Assembly (NCBI RefSeq): GCF_018350175.1
Contig: NC_058368.1
Location: forward strand, 7,440,001 to 7,504,000
From: Felis catus
Lineage: Eukaryota
DNA length: 64,000 nt
Reading direction: 5' to 3'
Position 1 is the stretch's first letter, and each line of letters starts with the position of its first letter. The position numbers and the translations under genes are program-made. The notes beneath the pieces were generated by a model. That model did not search any database. It was not told the DNA's origin and saw only the letters and a list, made by a program, of their open reading frames with translations. Positions 44,952-59,120 of the stretch are shown here, in pieces.

Positions 44952-47900
44952 ATAAATAAATAAACATTAAAAGAATAGGTTTAGGCTTCTACTCTAGGGA
45001 ACTGAAAAGACTGAATGACATACAGGAAAGAACCATTTGGGACACTGGACGATGGGCAGCACAGGATAGTGAGCCCTGAAAGAAGTCCATCAGACAAGCC
45101 CTGTGACTGTCCTGGCATGATGCCCGGAGGGATGGTTTCTAGGACCTAGCACTGGAGGCGGAACCTGCACAGAGCTCAGCGGTCTCCTTGAGTTGAGACA
45201 GAGTTAGGCGTTTGGAGATGCAGGGAGGCTGCAATTCGCAGAACTGAGGGCTGGAATCTCCCGTTCAGTGCCTGTGTGGAAGCTCCCTGAAGCCAGGAAA
45301 AGGGCTACGGGAAAGGGGCAGACAATCCCCGCAGGTGACACGGGGCCAGGAGTCGTCTGTCTTCCGGCTCACCAGAGTGGAAAGGCTTCATGATTCAGGC
45401 GGAATCGGGTGCAAACTCAGAAGGGTATTGCCTCAGTGGTGGGGAAAGAGAAACTCCACACTGCTCTGGGCTCACTTGGCACAACCTAAAAGCAAGCTTC
45501 AAAAGGATAGAACTGTTTCCGAGCAACTTGTGTGCCACCCGGAAAAAGAAAAAAAAAGACAAACAACCCAGGAATTTTTAGTGGAACACAAAAATATCCG
45601 GGACTTGACAAAAGTGAAATTACATCGTCTGGTGTCCAGTCCAGTCACCAAGGAGGCATAAAGCAGGGACAATGCGATCAATCCAGAATGAGGACGAAAA
45701 TCGTTCAATGGAAACAGACCCAGATGTGACTGAATTCGTAGATGAACACTCAACTATTGAGCTTTAAGACGGCTGTATTCCATACATATAAGAGGAGAGC
45801 ATGGCCTACTTAAGGACAAAGAAGATATATTTCGAAAGACCCCCAAATGGAATTCTCGAGAAAAATATGCCTGGGATAAAACATACTAGAAAGAATTAAT
45901 GACATGTTAGATATTACTTGAAAAATGATCTAAATTGGGGCGCCTGGGTGGCTTAATCAGTTAAGCGTCTGACTTCGGCTCAGGTTCCGATCTTGTGGTC
46001 CGGTCCGCAAGTTCAAGCCCCGTGTTGGGCTCTGTGCTGACAGCTCAGAACCCGGAGCCTGTTTCGGATTTTGTGTCTCCCTCTCTCTCTGCCCCCCACC
46101 TGCTTACACTCTCTCAAAAATGAATAAATGTTAAAAAAAAAAATTTTAAGTGATCTAAATGATCTAAGTGATCATTTAGATGTGAATGATCTAAAAAATG
46201 ATCTAACGATCCTTAAAAAGGAAAACACATTTTCCAAATTTAAAAAGCTACAAAAATTCATCCCTACTCTAAGAGTGCTAAAGGCAAGTTTTCTCCTGCT
46301 AAAAAGAAATGATACCAAAGGGAAACTAGAATCTTCAGGAAGAAATGAAGATAATCAGAAATGGTAAATATAAAAAGACTACTTTTTCTTCCTATAAAAA
46401 ATACACACAACTGTTTAAAGCCAAAATTATAACATAGTTTTCTACAGTTCATAACAAATGTGGAGACAATGGATCTACACAGTTATTTGGTTTCTACATT
46501 TTACACAAAGTGGTATAATCGTAACTCTAAACTGTGAAAATTAAGGATGTATATCTTCATCCCTAAGGCAGCCATGAAAAAAAAGATAAGGCTATAAAGC
46601 TAACAAATAAATTACAATAGAATTTTTTTCATGTTTGAAATAATCCAAAAGTAGGCAGGAATGAGAACAGAAAGGAAAAGAAATAAACACAAACAAAACA
46701 ACTAATAAAATAAAACGCTAGACCTAAATCCAACTATATCAATAATTATTTGAAATAATAATGAAATAAAAATTTCAATATAAAAGGCAGAGATCACCGC
46801 AAAGTATGTAATGCAAGCCTAAAATATATGGCACGCATTTTAAATATAAAACACAGATAAATTGAAAGTAAGTGGATAAAAAAATGATATACCATGCAAA
46901 CAGTAAGCAAAAGAAGGCTAGAGTAAGCTATATTAGTATCAAACAAAATGAGGGGCACCTGAGTGGCTCAGTCGGTTAAGAGGCCAACTTCAGCTCAGGT
47001 CATGGTCTCACGGTCTGTGAGTTCGAGCCCCGTGTCAGGCTCTGTGCAGACAGCACAGAGCCTGGAGCCTGCTTCGGATTCTGTGTCTCCCTCTCTCTGT
47101 GCCCCTCTCCCGCTCACACACACTCTCTCAAAAATAAACAAAACAAACTTTTTAAAAAATTTTTTTAAATATCGAACAAAATGAAATTTGAGAAAACAAT
47201 ATTACCAAAAAAAGGTATTTCCTAAGAATACATGGGTCAATACATCAAGAAAACAGAACAGTCCCAAGTGTGTATGTGCCTAATAACTGAGCTTCAATAT
47301 CCCTGAAGAAAAGGTTGACAGCAATAATCCACAATTGTGGTTGAATATTAATACCTCACGAGCTGATAAAACCACTGGAAAGAATTCGATAATAAGACAG
47401 ATGAACTAAGTGACACTATTAACCACTTTCATTTAATTGATATTATAGATCATTATACCCAACTGTACAACTACAGAATAAGAATACTACTGAATACACA
47501 TGGTCTTCAAGAACATGCAGTTTCTTGACCAAGATAGACCATATCTCAGACCATAAAACAAGGTTCAATAGATTTAAGAGAAGTTAAATTACACAGTATA
47601 TATCCTCTGATCAAAACAGAATTAAATTAGAAATTAATAATAATATACCTCGGAAGACATCAAATATTTGGCAACTAGACAAGTCACTTCTAAATAATCA
47701 ATGGATCAGGGGTGCCTGGGTGGCTCAGTCGGTTAAGCGTCCGACTTCAGCCAGGTCACGATCTCGCGGTCCGGGAGTTCAAGCCCCGCGTCAGGCTCTG
47801 GGCTGATGGCTCAGAGCCTGGAGCCTGTTTCCGATTCTGTGTCTCCCTCTCTCTCTGCCCCTCCCCCGTTCACGCTCTGTCTCTCTCTGTCCCAAAAATA

Positions 47901-50900
47901 AATTAAAAACGTTGAAAAAAAATTAAAAAAAAAAAAGTTTAAAAAAAATTAAATAAAAAATAAAATAAATAAATGTTAAAAAAATTTTTTTAATTAATAA
48001 TCATTGGATCAAAGAAGAAATCACAAGGGCAATTCGAAAATACTTATAACTGAATGATAATTTTAAAAAGTCAAAATTGGGGCGCCTGGGTGGCGCAGTT
48101 GGTTAAGCCTCCGACTTCAGCCAGGTCACGATCTCGCGGTCCGTGGGTTCGAGCCCCGTGTCGGGCTCTGGGCTGATGGATGGCTCGGAGCCTGGGGCCT
48201 GTTTCCGATTCTGTGTCTCCCTCTCTCTCTGCCCCTCCCCCGTTCATGCTCTGTCTCTCTCTGTCCCAAAAATAAATAAAAAACGTTGAAAAAATAAAAA
48301 TAAAAATAAAAAGTCAAAATTTGTGGGGTGTACACAGTGCCTAGAAAGGAAGTTATAGCTTTAAGTGCTTATGTTAGGAAAGTAGAAAGGTTTAAAAACA
48401 GAGGCCTAAAGTTCCACCATAAGGAGCTAGAAAAGAAGAACAAAGTAAACCCCAAGTAACTAGAAGAAAGGGAATAATAAAGTTAGAAACAAAATATATA
48501 GTTGAGGAGATCCACATTCGAAAGAACGAATGTGAGCACTTACCTCACACCATACACAAAAATTAACTCAAAAGGGAGCAGAGACCTAAGAGTTAAAATT
48601 ACAAAACTTTTTTTACTAAAAAATGTTTTTAAATATTTAGTTTTGAGAGAGAGAGAGACAGAGACAGAGCATAAGCAGGGAGGGGCAGAGAGAGGGAGAC
48701 ACAGAACCCGAAGCAGGCTCCAAGCTCCAAGTCGTCAGCGTGGAGCCCGACGCGGGGCTTAAACTCACAACCTGCAAGATCATGACCTGAGTCGGAGTTG
48801 GACGCTTAACTGACTGAGCCACCCAGGCGCCCCTCAAATGATCAAACTCTTAAAACAAAGAAGTAAATCCTTGTGCCCTTAGCGATGGTTTCTTAGGTAT
48901 GACACAAAAGCACAACCGATAAGAGAAAAATTGGTCATCAGAATTAAAAACATCTGCGACTCAGAGGACACCATCAAGACACTGAAAGCACAACCCAAAA
49001 GAACAGGAGAAAATATTTGCAAGTCACATATTTGATAAAAGACTTGTATCCAAAATATATAAAGAACCCTTACAATGCAAGAAGAAAAATGCAAATAATC
49101 CAAGTTTTAAAAGGTCAAAGATTTTGAAAGAGATATACCAATGAACGCTGAGCTCATGAAAAGTTGCTCGTATCACGGGTCATTAAGGAAATGCAAACCG
49201 AATCGTTAAATATCTACCGTGACGTCTACGATCAAAAGTCATAAAATGACAGGAGTTGGCAAGGATGTAGCATTTTGTACAGAAACCGGAACCCGCATAC
49301 AGTGCTGGTGGAAATGCAAAATGGTGCGGCTATTTGGACAACAGTGTGGAAGATTTTCAAAAAGTTAAACATAGAGTTATCATATGACCCAGCAATTCAA
49401 CTCCCAGATACATATCCAAGAGAACTGAAAAGGTACGTCCTCACAAAACTTGTATTCGTTCTTTTAAGAAATTATTTTCTTGGGGCGCCTGGGTGGCGCA
49501 GTCGGTTAAGCGTCCTACTTCAGCCAGGTCACGATCTCGCGGTCCGTGAGTTCGAGCCCCGTGTCAGGCTCTGGGCTGATGGCTCAGAGCCTGGAGCCTG
49601 TTTCCGATTCTGTGTCTCCCTCTCTCTCTGCCCCTCCCCCATTCATGCTCTGTCTCTCTCTGTCCCAAAAATAAATAAACGTTGAAAAAAAAAAAAAAGA
49701 AATTATTTTCTTAATTTTATTTATTGGAGAGAGAGAGAGCATGAGCACGAGTGGGGAAAGGGCAGAGACAGAGGGAGACGGAATCCCAAACAGGCTCTGG
49801 GCTGTCAGCACGGAGCCCGACGCATGCGATCATGACCTGAGCCAAGATCAAGGGAGTCAAACGCTCAACCAACTGAGCCACCCAGGCGCCCCACAAAACG
49901 TGTATTCAAATGTTCGCAGCAGCATTTTTTTTTTTTTGTAACAAAGAGTGGAAACAACCATCATATTCGTTAACTAATGAAGACAGACAAAATGTGGTCT
50001 ATCCATCCAATGGAATGTTATTTGGCCATAAAAAGGAATGAAACTGATACATGACCCAACATCGAAGAACCTTGAAAACATTATGCTAAGTCAGACACAA
50101 ATAGGCCACATATTCATGATTACATTTATTAAAATGTCCAGAATAGGGACATCTTTTTTTTTTTAATGTTTATTGTTTTTGAGAGAGACAGAGAGACAGA
50201 GAGCAAGCAGGGGAGGGGCAGAGAGAAGCAGGCTCCGGGCTCCGAGCTGTCAGAACAGAGCCTGATGTGGGGCTCGAACTCACACACTGCGAGATTATGA
50301 TCTGAGCTGAAGTCGGCCGCTTAACCGACTGAGCCACCCAGGTGCCCCCAGAGTAGGGACATCTTTAAAGATAGAAAGTAGATTAGTAGTTTTCAGAGAC
50401 TAGGGAAAAGGGAGAGTGGGGAGTGACTGCTAATGGGTATGGCGTTTAGGGGAAGAAGAAATGCTTTATAAGTAGACAGTGGTGAACAATGGTTGCACAA
50501 TTCTGTAAATACACTAAAAACCGCTGAATTCTACACGTTACAAGGATGAACTTTATGATATGTGAGTTCTATTTCAATAGGTTGTTACTAAAATAATGTC
50601 ATCTATAATCTGAAGAGAAAAACAAAAAGAGACTATTATGAAGAACTTTATACCAGAAAAAAAAAATCAGTACTCAGATGAATTGACAAAATTTTTGAAA
50701 AACATAACTTCCCAAAATTGATACTAAATGAAACAGAGAACCTAAATAACCCTATCCTGATTAAATAAATGGAATTGTTATCAAAACTCCTTGCACAAAG
50801 AAAACTTCAAGCTCAGATAGTTTCACTGGTAAATTCTAGAAAATAAAGAAGAAGTAATAGGCCTCTTACACAAACTCTTTTGAAATACAGAGGCAAGAGG

Positions 50901-52310
50901 GAATACATCTCAACTTATTTTATAAGGCCAGTATACCCTGATACGAAAACCCAATAAAGACATCATAAAGTAAGAAAATTACAAACATTACCCCTCATGA
51001 ACATAGGTACAAAAATCCTTAAAATAAGTATTATCAGGGGCACCTGGGTGGCTCAGTTGGTTAAGCGGCCGACTTCAGCTCAGGTCATGATCTCGCAGTC
51101 CGTGAGTTCAAGCCCCGCATCGGGTTCTGTGCTGACAGCTCAGAGCCTGGAGCCTGTTTCAGATTCTGTGTCTCCCTCTCTCTCTGACCCTCCCCCGTTC
51201 ATGCTCTGTCTCTCTCTGTTTCAAAAATAAATAAATGTTAAAAAAAAAATAAGTATTAGCAAATCAAATCCAATTATCTCTCTATCTACAACTGTAGCTA
51301 TAATTACAATTGCGTAGAATGCACCATGACAAGGAGTAGCGTTTATTCCAAGAATCCAAAGTTGGTTTACCATCAGAAAACCAATCACTGTCATTCATTG
51401 TATTAATAAAGGAGAAAAACATGATCATTTCAAAAACTACAGAAAAAGCACAGGAGAAAACTGAACACTAATTCATGATTAAAAGACTCGTAGGTAGGGC
51501 ACCTGGGTGGCCCAGCTGGTTAAAAATCCAACTCTTCATTTTTCACTTCATGAGATCAAGCCCTGCATCCGGCTCCACACTGTCAGCGAGGGATTATCTC
51601 TCCCCCTCTCCCCCACCTCTCCCCCACTCACTCACTCTCTCTCTCAAAATAAATAAACTTTAGGGGCACCTGGGCGGCTCAGTCGGTTGAGCGTCCGACT
51701 TCGGCCCAGGTCATGATCTCGCGGTCCATGGGTTTGAGCCCCGCATCGGGCTCTGTGCTGACAGCTCGGAGCCCGGAGCCTGTTTCGATTCTGTGTCTCC
51801 CTCTCTCTCTGACCCTCCCCTGTTCATGCTCTGTCTCTCTCTGTCTCAAAAATAAATAAACATTAAAAAAAATTTTTAAATAAACTTTAAAAAAGAGCTT
51901 ACCATAGCACAAAATTGGAAACAACTCAAATGTCCATCAACAGGTGGGTACATAAACTGTGATACATCCATGCAGTAGATTACTACTCAGCAACAAAAGG
52001 AATAAATCACTGATACACATGACAACATAGACGAATCTCAAGATCATTATGCTGAGTAAAAGAAGCCAGGCAAAAAAGAGCACCTACCATGTGATTTCAT
52101 TTACAGAAAATTCCAGATTGGTGGCCAGGGATGGAAGGTGGGGATCGACTGAAAAGAGGCACAGGAAATTCCTGGGGTGATGGAAATGCTCTGAATGTTC
52201 ATTGTGACAATGTTGTCATGGGTGTATACATCTGCTAAAACTCATCGAATGGTCTATTTTAAAGAGATACGGTATATTGTACATTAGTTGTATCTCAGTG
52301 AATTTGAGAA
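44513..52310 (+). mobile_element. Composite of ancient L1M fragments, heavily interrupted by SINEs
   Basis: A-rich decayed ORF1-like, endonuclease-region, pre-RT/RT-region and 3' UTR segments with stops and frameshifts. Confidence 0.8.
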
Positions 52311-52591
52311 GGTGACAATCAGCAAAAACGGCAGAGAAACATAGAAGTGTTTCAGGCAAAGAATTACTTAAAATATTATGGTATTTTCTGGATTTCATAT
52401 TTGTGGTATTCGTAATGTTTCCAAACTTTTATCTTTCTGTGATCTGCTCCTTGTTTTATTCACCCATGAACTTTTAGACTTCCTGGAGTCAGGGTTCTCA
52501 CATAATCTCACTCCACCTTCTCCAGACTGATCTCATCCTACACATCTTCATTTATTACCTTTTCTTTTTTTTTTTTTTTTTTTTTAGAGAG

Positions 52592-52639
<48 letters not shown>

Positions 52640-52815
52640 TGTGCGTGCAAGTGGGGGAGAGGGGCAGAGGGAGAAAGGGAGAGAGAGAGAATCTTAAGCA
52701 GGCTCCCAGCTTAATGTCTTCATTGACTCAGGGCTCAATCCCTACAACCATGGGATCATGACCTGAGCGTCCATCAAAAGTCGGACGCTCAGCCGACTGA
52801 GCCACCAGGGACCCC
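44736..52815. mobile_element. Cluster of ~13 Can-SINEs in and beside the old L1 block (approx. 44736+, 45937+, 46952+, 47709+, 48079+, 48610-, 49482+, 49713-, 50153-, 51037+, 51497+, 51663+, 52560-)
   Basis: Each has a GGGGC(G/A)CCTGGGTGGC-type head, (CT)n body and A-rich tail; several have visible TSDs. Confidence 0.85.
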
Positions 52816-53914
52816 TATTTATTACCCTCTTATCAATGACTCACGAACTCGTAACTCTAGTCCAGAATGTTCTTTGGAGCTCCAAACCTACATATCCCGG
52901 CTGCCTACTTGATGTCTCTGGTAGATCTCAAAACCATCTTAAACTCAGTATTTCCAAAATCGCTCTGTTGATCTTCTCCACCAAACCCAGGCCTTTTCCA
53001 TTGGTTCCCTTCTCACCTGGTATAACCACCCTCCATCTACCCCAATGGGAAATCCAGAAACCGCAGATCGTCCCCTCCTCCCACCACATCCAGTGCAACA
53101 CTACTGACTTCGTGGATTCTCCGCATCTGCTCCTGCCTGGACTGGGGAGATAGGCTCCTAATTGTTGACCAAGCCATCCTGCCTCCTCCTTCTCCTCTCC
53201 ACAGCCCCAGTGATCTCCGAAATGCAAATGTCATTCTCTGCTCACAACTCTTCTGTGGCTCCCATTACCCTTAGAATTAAGACCCCAATCATTATCCTTT
53301 CTTACAGGCAAGTCTGATATTCAGCCAGGCATACTGATATGGATACGTCAACGGTTAAGATACTGAAAGTCTTCTGTATCACTGGCAGTCATAGGAAAGA
53401 GGGCTTCCAGCCACACTAGCCTGAAGGGGACGCTAAAGCCCATCAGTACTCCAGTCCTGAGCACTGTCATTGCCCAGCCAAGGTGGCTACAAAGGACAGG
53501 CCACTGTATGACTCCTGATGCTCCCCCGGGCCTGCTCTGCACCCTGAAACGATGAGTTCCAGCATCACCCTCCAAGCTGAGCCAACAGCAGGCCTGGGAG
53601 AGAAGCAAGGGGTTGGGTCCCTAGATCTGGGGGAGGAGGGGAGAAAGGGGGACTGTACGTTCGCCAAGAGGGTGACTGGTGGCTGTCTCCGAGCATAAAT
53701 GCCAGGCCGGCAGGATTTGGATTGACTGGAGTGAGTTTCTGAAGGCAGGGCTCTTGAAATTCTAGTTAGCTAAGGAAACTGTGTAATTCCTCTCCCAAGA
53801 CTTAAAACTAGGAAACCCGAGGAGGGGTAATGTTTTTTAACCTAACCCCAGATGTTCTTCCCTCCTACAAAGTCTTTCCTCACATCTATTTGCTAGATTC
53901 ATCTTTAGACCTAC

Positions 53915-54170
53915 TAGTTCTTTGCTGAGATTCTCTGCCCTTTTGTTTTAAGCAGGTTCATAATTGAGCGTCGAAGCATTTTTGTGGTGACTGCTTTTAA
54001 ATCCTTGTCCGGTAATCCCACCATCTGTGTAATGTACCTGTTGGCACTTGTCGAATGTGCCTTCTCATTCAAATTGAGATGTTGCTGGTTCTTGGTACGA
54101 TGAGTGATTTTCAATTGCATCCTAGACATTTGGAGTATTACGATATGTGACTTTGGACTTTCTTTGTCAT
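53915..54170 (-). mobile_element. Old L1M fragment
   Basis: TTTAAATCCTTGTC.GGTAATCCCACCATCTG...TTCAATTGCATCCTAGACATT resembles antisense L1MC/MD sequence. Confidence 0.55.
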
Positions 54171-57100
54171 CGTTATTTTATTTATTTATTTTCATTTAAA
54201 TTTTTTTTAACGTTTATTTATTTTTGAGACAGGGAGAGACAGAGCATGAACGGGGGAGGGTCAGAGAGAGAGGGAGACACAGAATCGGAAGCAGGCTCCA
54301 GGCTCTTAACTGTCAGCACAGAGCCCGACGCGGGGCTCGAACTCACGGACCGCGAGATCATGACCTGAGCCGAAGTCGGCTGCTTAACCGACTGAGCCAC
54401 CCTGGCGCCCCTTCATTTGGTTTTAAATTACAGGCATTATTAGACTGGCCCAGATGACAGCTGCTTTCTCTTTGATGATTTTGTGTTCCCTACATTCCCC
54501 CCCCCCCACATATGTATTAAAAAGTACTCAATGATTTCATTTTGTCCTGGAAATCCTAGCGCTCCTTGCTTTGAAATTACCATTGTGTGAACGCGTGTGT
54601 GTGCCTGGCTGGTCTTTCCGACACACCATAAATTCTTCAAGAGTGGAAACTATTATTTTATCTCCAAAACTTAGCATAAGGCTTGACCTACAGTAATCTC
54701 GTAAAACAGTTCTGCGGAACTTGACTCTGGGATATTTTGTGTTAACTTTTTGAAATTCAAGATGTAAAACAGAAATTTAAAACTGACCCAAAAAATCCCT
54801 TGAGATCATTGATACGTCCAAGAGACATAAGCGAACAACAACGAGCTACCATTTGTCTCCTCACGTATTATTAAAGATTAAGAAGATCGGTTACACTAGA
54901 GCTGATACTCAACATCTACGTGTCCATCCGGCTGGCATCCATCTGACAGGCAAGGCGTGTGTCTGTCCTGCTTGGCCGGGCTTCTGTTTTCATTCGATCA
55001 GTACTCCTACCACCCTAGGGTTATTTTACCATGCTGGTGGATATTTTAAAAGTCATGCCAGGGCGCCTGGGTGGCTCAGACGGTTAAGCGGCCGACTTCA
55101 GCTCAGGTCATGATCTCACGGTCCGTGAGTTCGAGCCCCGCGTCGGGCTCTGTGCTGACAGCTCAGGGCCTGGAGCCTGCTTCCGATTCTGTGTCTCCCT
55201 CTCTCTCTGCCCCTCCCCCGTTCATGCTCTGTCTCTCTCTGTCTCAAAAATAAATAAACATTAAAAAAAAATTAAAAAAAAATAAATAAAAGTCATGCCT
55301 GGGTTTTTGCCCCCTCTGTGTTAATAAAGGTGAGGTAAAGTGTTGATGGCACTGTGAATTACTAAAACATTTTTGAAGAATAACTTAACAATACCTATCA
55401 AAGTTTACATACCCCCTGGTCCAGGAACTCAACCCCTGAAGATTCACTCACAAAAATGCAGACAGATGTAAAAGGATTTCGCATAACATGCTGTGCCAAT
55501 GTGCTAGAAAGGTCACAAAAGCTCATCGACGACCAGTCCCCAGCTTCGTGGTGTTTGCCAGCAGCCTTCTCATCCCTGGGTTGTCACCATGAACTCAACA
55601 ATCTCAGTGTCCTCACCTCACTGACCATTGTAGAGGGAGCGGCTTCCCTCAAAGGCCCATGTGGGGGGGGGGGGGGCATTCTGGGAGTCATCCTTGGATG
55701 CCCAGCCCAGAGCCCTCTCCTCTAATCCAGCCAGTGATTGTGCAAGTTCTAGAATATACCACCACCGCTGAGACCCGGAAGGCAGGAGCTGCAGATGCCT
55801 CGCGATGCCCAGGATGCCGGCGGCTGGACACCGGAAAGGGTACCCCGTTAGCTGCCTCACCTGCCTGCAGAGAGTCTCCAGGAGCGGCCCAGGGAGACCT
55901 CTGCCACATGCACCCACTGTGGGGTGTAACCTGACTTACATTCAGCTGCAAGGGGCCTTGCAAAGAAGACCCTGCGGAAGATAGGGTTTTCAGCTTTCCG
56001 GGCTCTGCGATCAGAAAGGCAGCGTTACGAGGAGGGGGGACCTCCCTAGTCAGTGCCAAGGAGACCCATCCACGGTAAACCCCAGGTAGCGTTTCTGAAT
56101 TCTTCGATACACTTGGCGCCTCATTGTCATTACTGGAAATGGCCGTGCAGCCGTGAGAGGCACTATGTAGAGTAGGACTAAAAGAGACCAGCACGTGGTT
56201 TTTAATGTTTAGTTCGGCTTCTCTTGGTTTGGGGTGAAGTTTTCGCGTATGGTTGTCGGCCTCCCCTGGTGCCACCCCTGCCTCCTAGGGCCACTCCTGA
56301 GATCACAGCCTAAACCGTGCAGGCACGTGGATGTTCTTCAGGGAGGTGTTTAAAAATCGGCTTCTCAAAGGTGCGTGAAGGTTAAGAACCCCTGTGCTGA
56401 GGGGAGTGGGGTTCAGCTGCGACCCCCTGCGTGGGGTAGAGAGGAAGTGAACCCTCCCCGGGGACAGTGTGTGTTGGGGGCAGCTGCGAAGACAAATTCT
56501 CACCCCGACCCCCTCCTCCCCGGGTTTCCTTCCAGAGTCTACTCTTTGACCCTGAAGAGCGAAATTTGCTCGTGCATCGGGGTCACCTGTGGAGTTTGTC
56601 ACATCCAGAATCCCGGTCCCCACTGTCACCCAGACTTACTGAATCAGAATTTTTGGAGAAACCATTTTGACCAGAGATCCGAGTTACTAACATGCTTGAT
56701 GGGTGATTGAGATACAGCCCCAAGTTTGGGAACCAAGGTGCGGAGAACCCTGTACTTTGTTTCTTCCCGGTCCTGCTTTTTTCCCCTGGTGCTCCCTGCC
56801 CCATGCTGGCTACCGCGCCGGTGACAGGGGACAGTCACGACACACACTCGGGGCCAGGTGAGCACTTAGTCACTCCGTGGCTGATGACGCCATTGCCCGG
56901 GGTGCCCCGCAGGCTCTCTGTCTGGAGAAGTGAACACAATCACCTCCTACCAGGTATTAGGAAACACTGACTCATGTCAAGAACTTTGAAATCTGCAGAT
57001 AAAAGGCACTACCAATCCCCTCACTGGAACTGCTGTCACACGGAAGGTTCTCCGAGGAAACCAGAGCCACTGCTTTTGCAGACCACCTACTGGTGCAAAT

Positions 57101-58713
57101 GCCAGCCCGCTTCACAGCCACCACATACATGTCCCCAGTTACCAAAGTTACCAGCCTCCCGCCATGCTGCAAAAACACATTGCTGTAGGAGGGTCACGCT
57201 GCATGGTGTTCCTCATGAATCTGATTCCCAATGTTTCTAGCTGAGAACTACCCCAGCTGTAGAATCCACTGGTTGAGTTTCACCCTATCGTCGTATTCCT
57301 GTGGACCTTAAACCCTCTTATTACACCTAATAGTAGTCAGCATTCCATAGGGTGAAGGGCGGGGGATGATGTCTTTGTAAGGCGGCCAGATGTCGCCATG
57401 GGGCCAGTGGCTTTCATCCTGCGGCTGCTGAATTTCACATACATCAGTATTTATCAGCTGGAATACTGTCAGTTTTATAAATGAAAACTGAATGACCATA
57501 AATCATTCTGTGGGTAGGTGACCGTGGGGGATGGGGGCGGTTCTGTTTGTAAGCTTGCCAGCCAGGAGTGCTATGTCATTCAGGGATCAAGTCTTGCAAG
57601 CTGTTGGACCCCCACCGAGACTGGTGAGGCCAGTGAGTGCCCACCATTCATTCTGCTGGGTAAGAGTTCCCTGGCAGACAGGGCAGAAGTTATTCACCAG
57701 CCTTAAAAGCTTCATTGCCTGGTTCACATCTCCCTGTTCTTTACATATTATTCAAGGTCACAGGATAGCATAGCTCACTCATGTTTCAGAACCCGAGACA
57801 TTCAGTTCCGAATTGCCATGTGGTCTCCCACTTCCCCCCACCGCTATGAGATCATAGGCTGATTTCTTTGAGATCCAGTTTAATTTCTTCCAGTTCAGGT
57901 GACACTGCACGACTGACAACCAACAGACCCACCTACTGAGCTCTAACTGGGTACACAGCACTAGGATCACCAGGAAAATCCTGGTCAGATAGGCCATATT
58001 ATGAGCCCCATTTCACAGATGGGAAAACCAAGGGTCAGATCCTTTTCTCAGGTCCCCACAGCCAGTAAGTAGCAGAGCCAGAATTTTACATCTAATTCAG
58101 TGTGTTTTCAAAATCTGGTCTCTTATGGTGTGAGGGGGACAGGGTTTTATTGGACTGGGGCAGGGACAAAGATCCCCAGAAAATATCCCAAATTCATGAG
58201 CTTCAATCCAATACCATTTTGGTTTTTTGGGACTTGGATTTGTTTGTTTTAGGGTTTTGGTTTTGGTTTTTGAAGGTTATAAATATATATTTCTCTTTGT
58301 TAATGTATGTATGAAGTTTTTATTTTAATCCCAGTGTCATCAACATACAGCACATTAGTTTCAGGCACACAATATGGTGATTCAACTGCCATTTTGTTTT
58401 GGTCTCTTTCCCAAGGAGAGAGGATGTTGGGGAGAAGGGAAGAGTTGGTCAAGAAAATGGCTCTTTCCGGGGCGCCTGGGTGGCACAGTCGGTTAAGCGT
58501 CTGACTTCAGCCAGGTCACGATCTCGCGGTCCGGGAGTTCGAGCCCCGCGTCAGGCTCTGGGCTGATGGCTCGGAGCCTGGAGCCTGTTTCCAATTCTGT
58601 GTCTCCCTCTCTCTCTGCCCCTCCCCCGTTCATGCTTTGTCTCTCTCTGTCCCAAAAATAAATAAACGTTGAAAAAAAAAATTAAAAAAAAAAAAAGAAA
58701 ATGGCTCTTTCCT

Positions 58714-58852
58714 TAGAGGTTCTCAAACTTTGACATTTATTCAAATCGCCCAGAAGGCTCATTCAAACACAGAGTGCTGGGGGCCCTACTCACCATTTTC
58801 TTTTCTTTCTTTGTTTTTTTTTTTTAATTTCAGAAAGAGAGCAGAGGAGAGG

Positions 58853-58892
<40 letters not shown>

Positions 58893-59120
58893 CCTAAGCA
58901 GGCTCCACACCGAGTGGATTGAGCCACGGGGCTCAATCCCACAAACTGTGAGATCATGACCTGAACCAAAATCAAGAGTTGGATGCTCAACCGACTGAGC
59001 CAGCCAGGCGCCCCCCTACTCACCATTTTCTGATCGAGTAGGTCTGAGGATATGCACGTCTAATGAGCTCCCGGCTGATGCCGATGCGGCCGGTCCAGGG
59101 GCCCCACTTTGAGAACCACT
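58714..59120. mobile_element. MER5A-like DNA element split by a Can-SINE
   Basis: Terminal inverted repeats GGTTCTCAAA...TTTGAGAACC; the internal SINE is flanked by TSD CCCTACTCACCATTTTCT. Confidence 0.75.

Noticed and set aside
56900..57900. Possible decayed ERVL/MaLR internal sequence (also LTR-like traces at ~210-520 and ~13000-13545)
   Set aside because: Resemblance is too weak to name a family by eye; needs a Dfam search.
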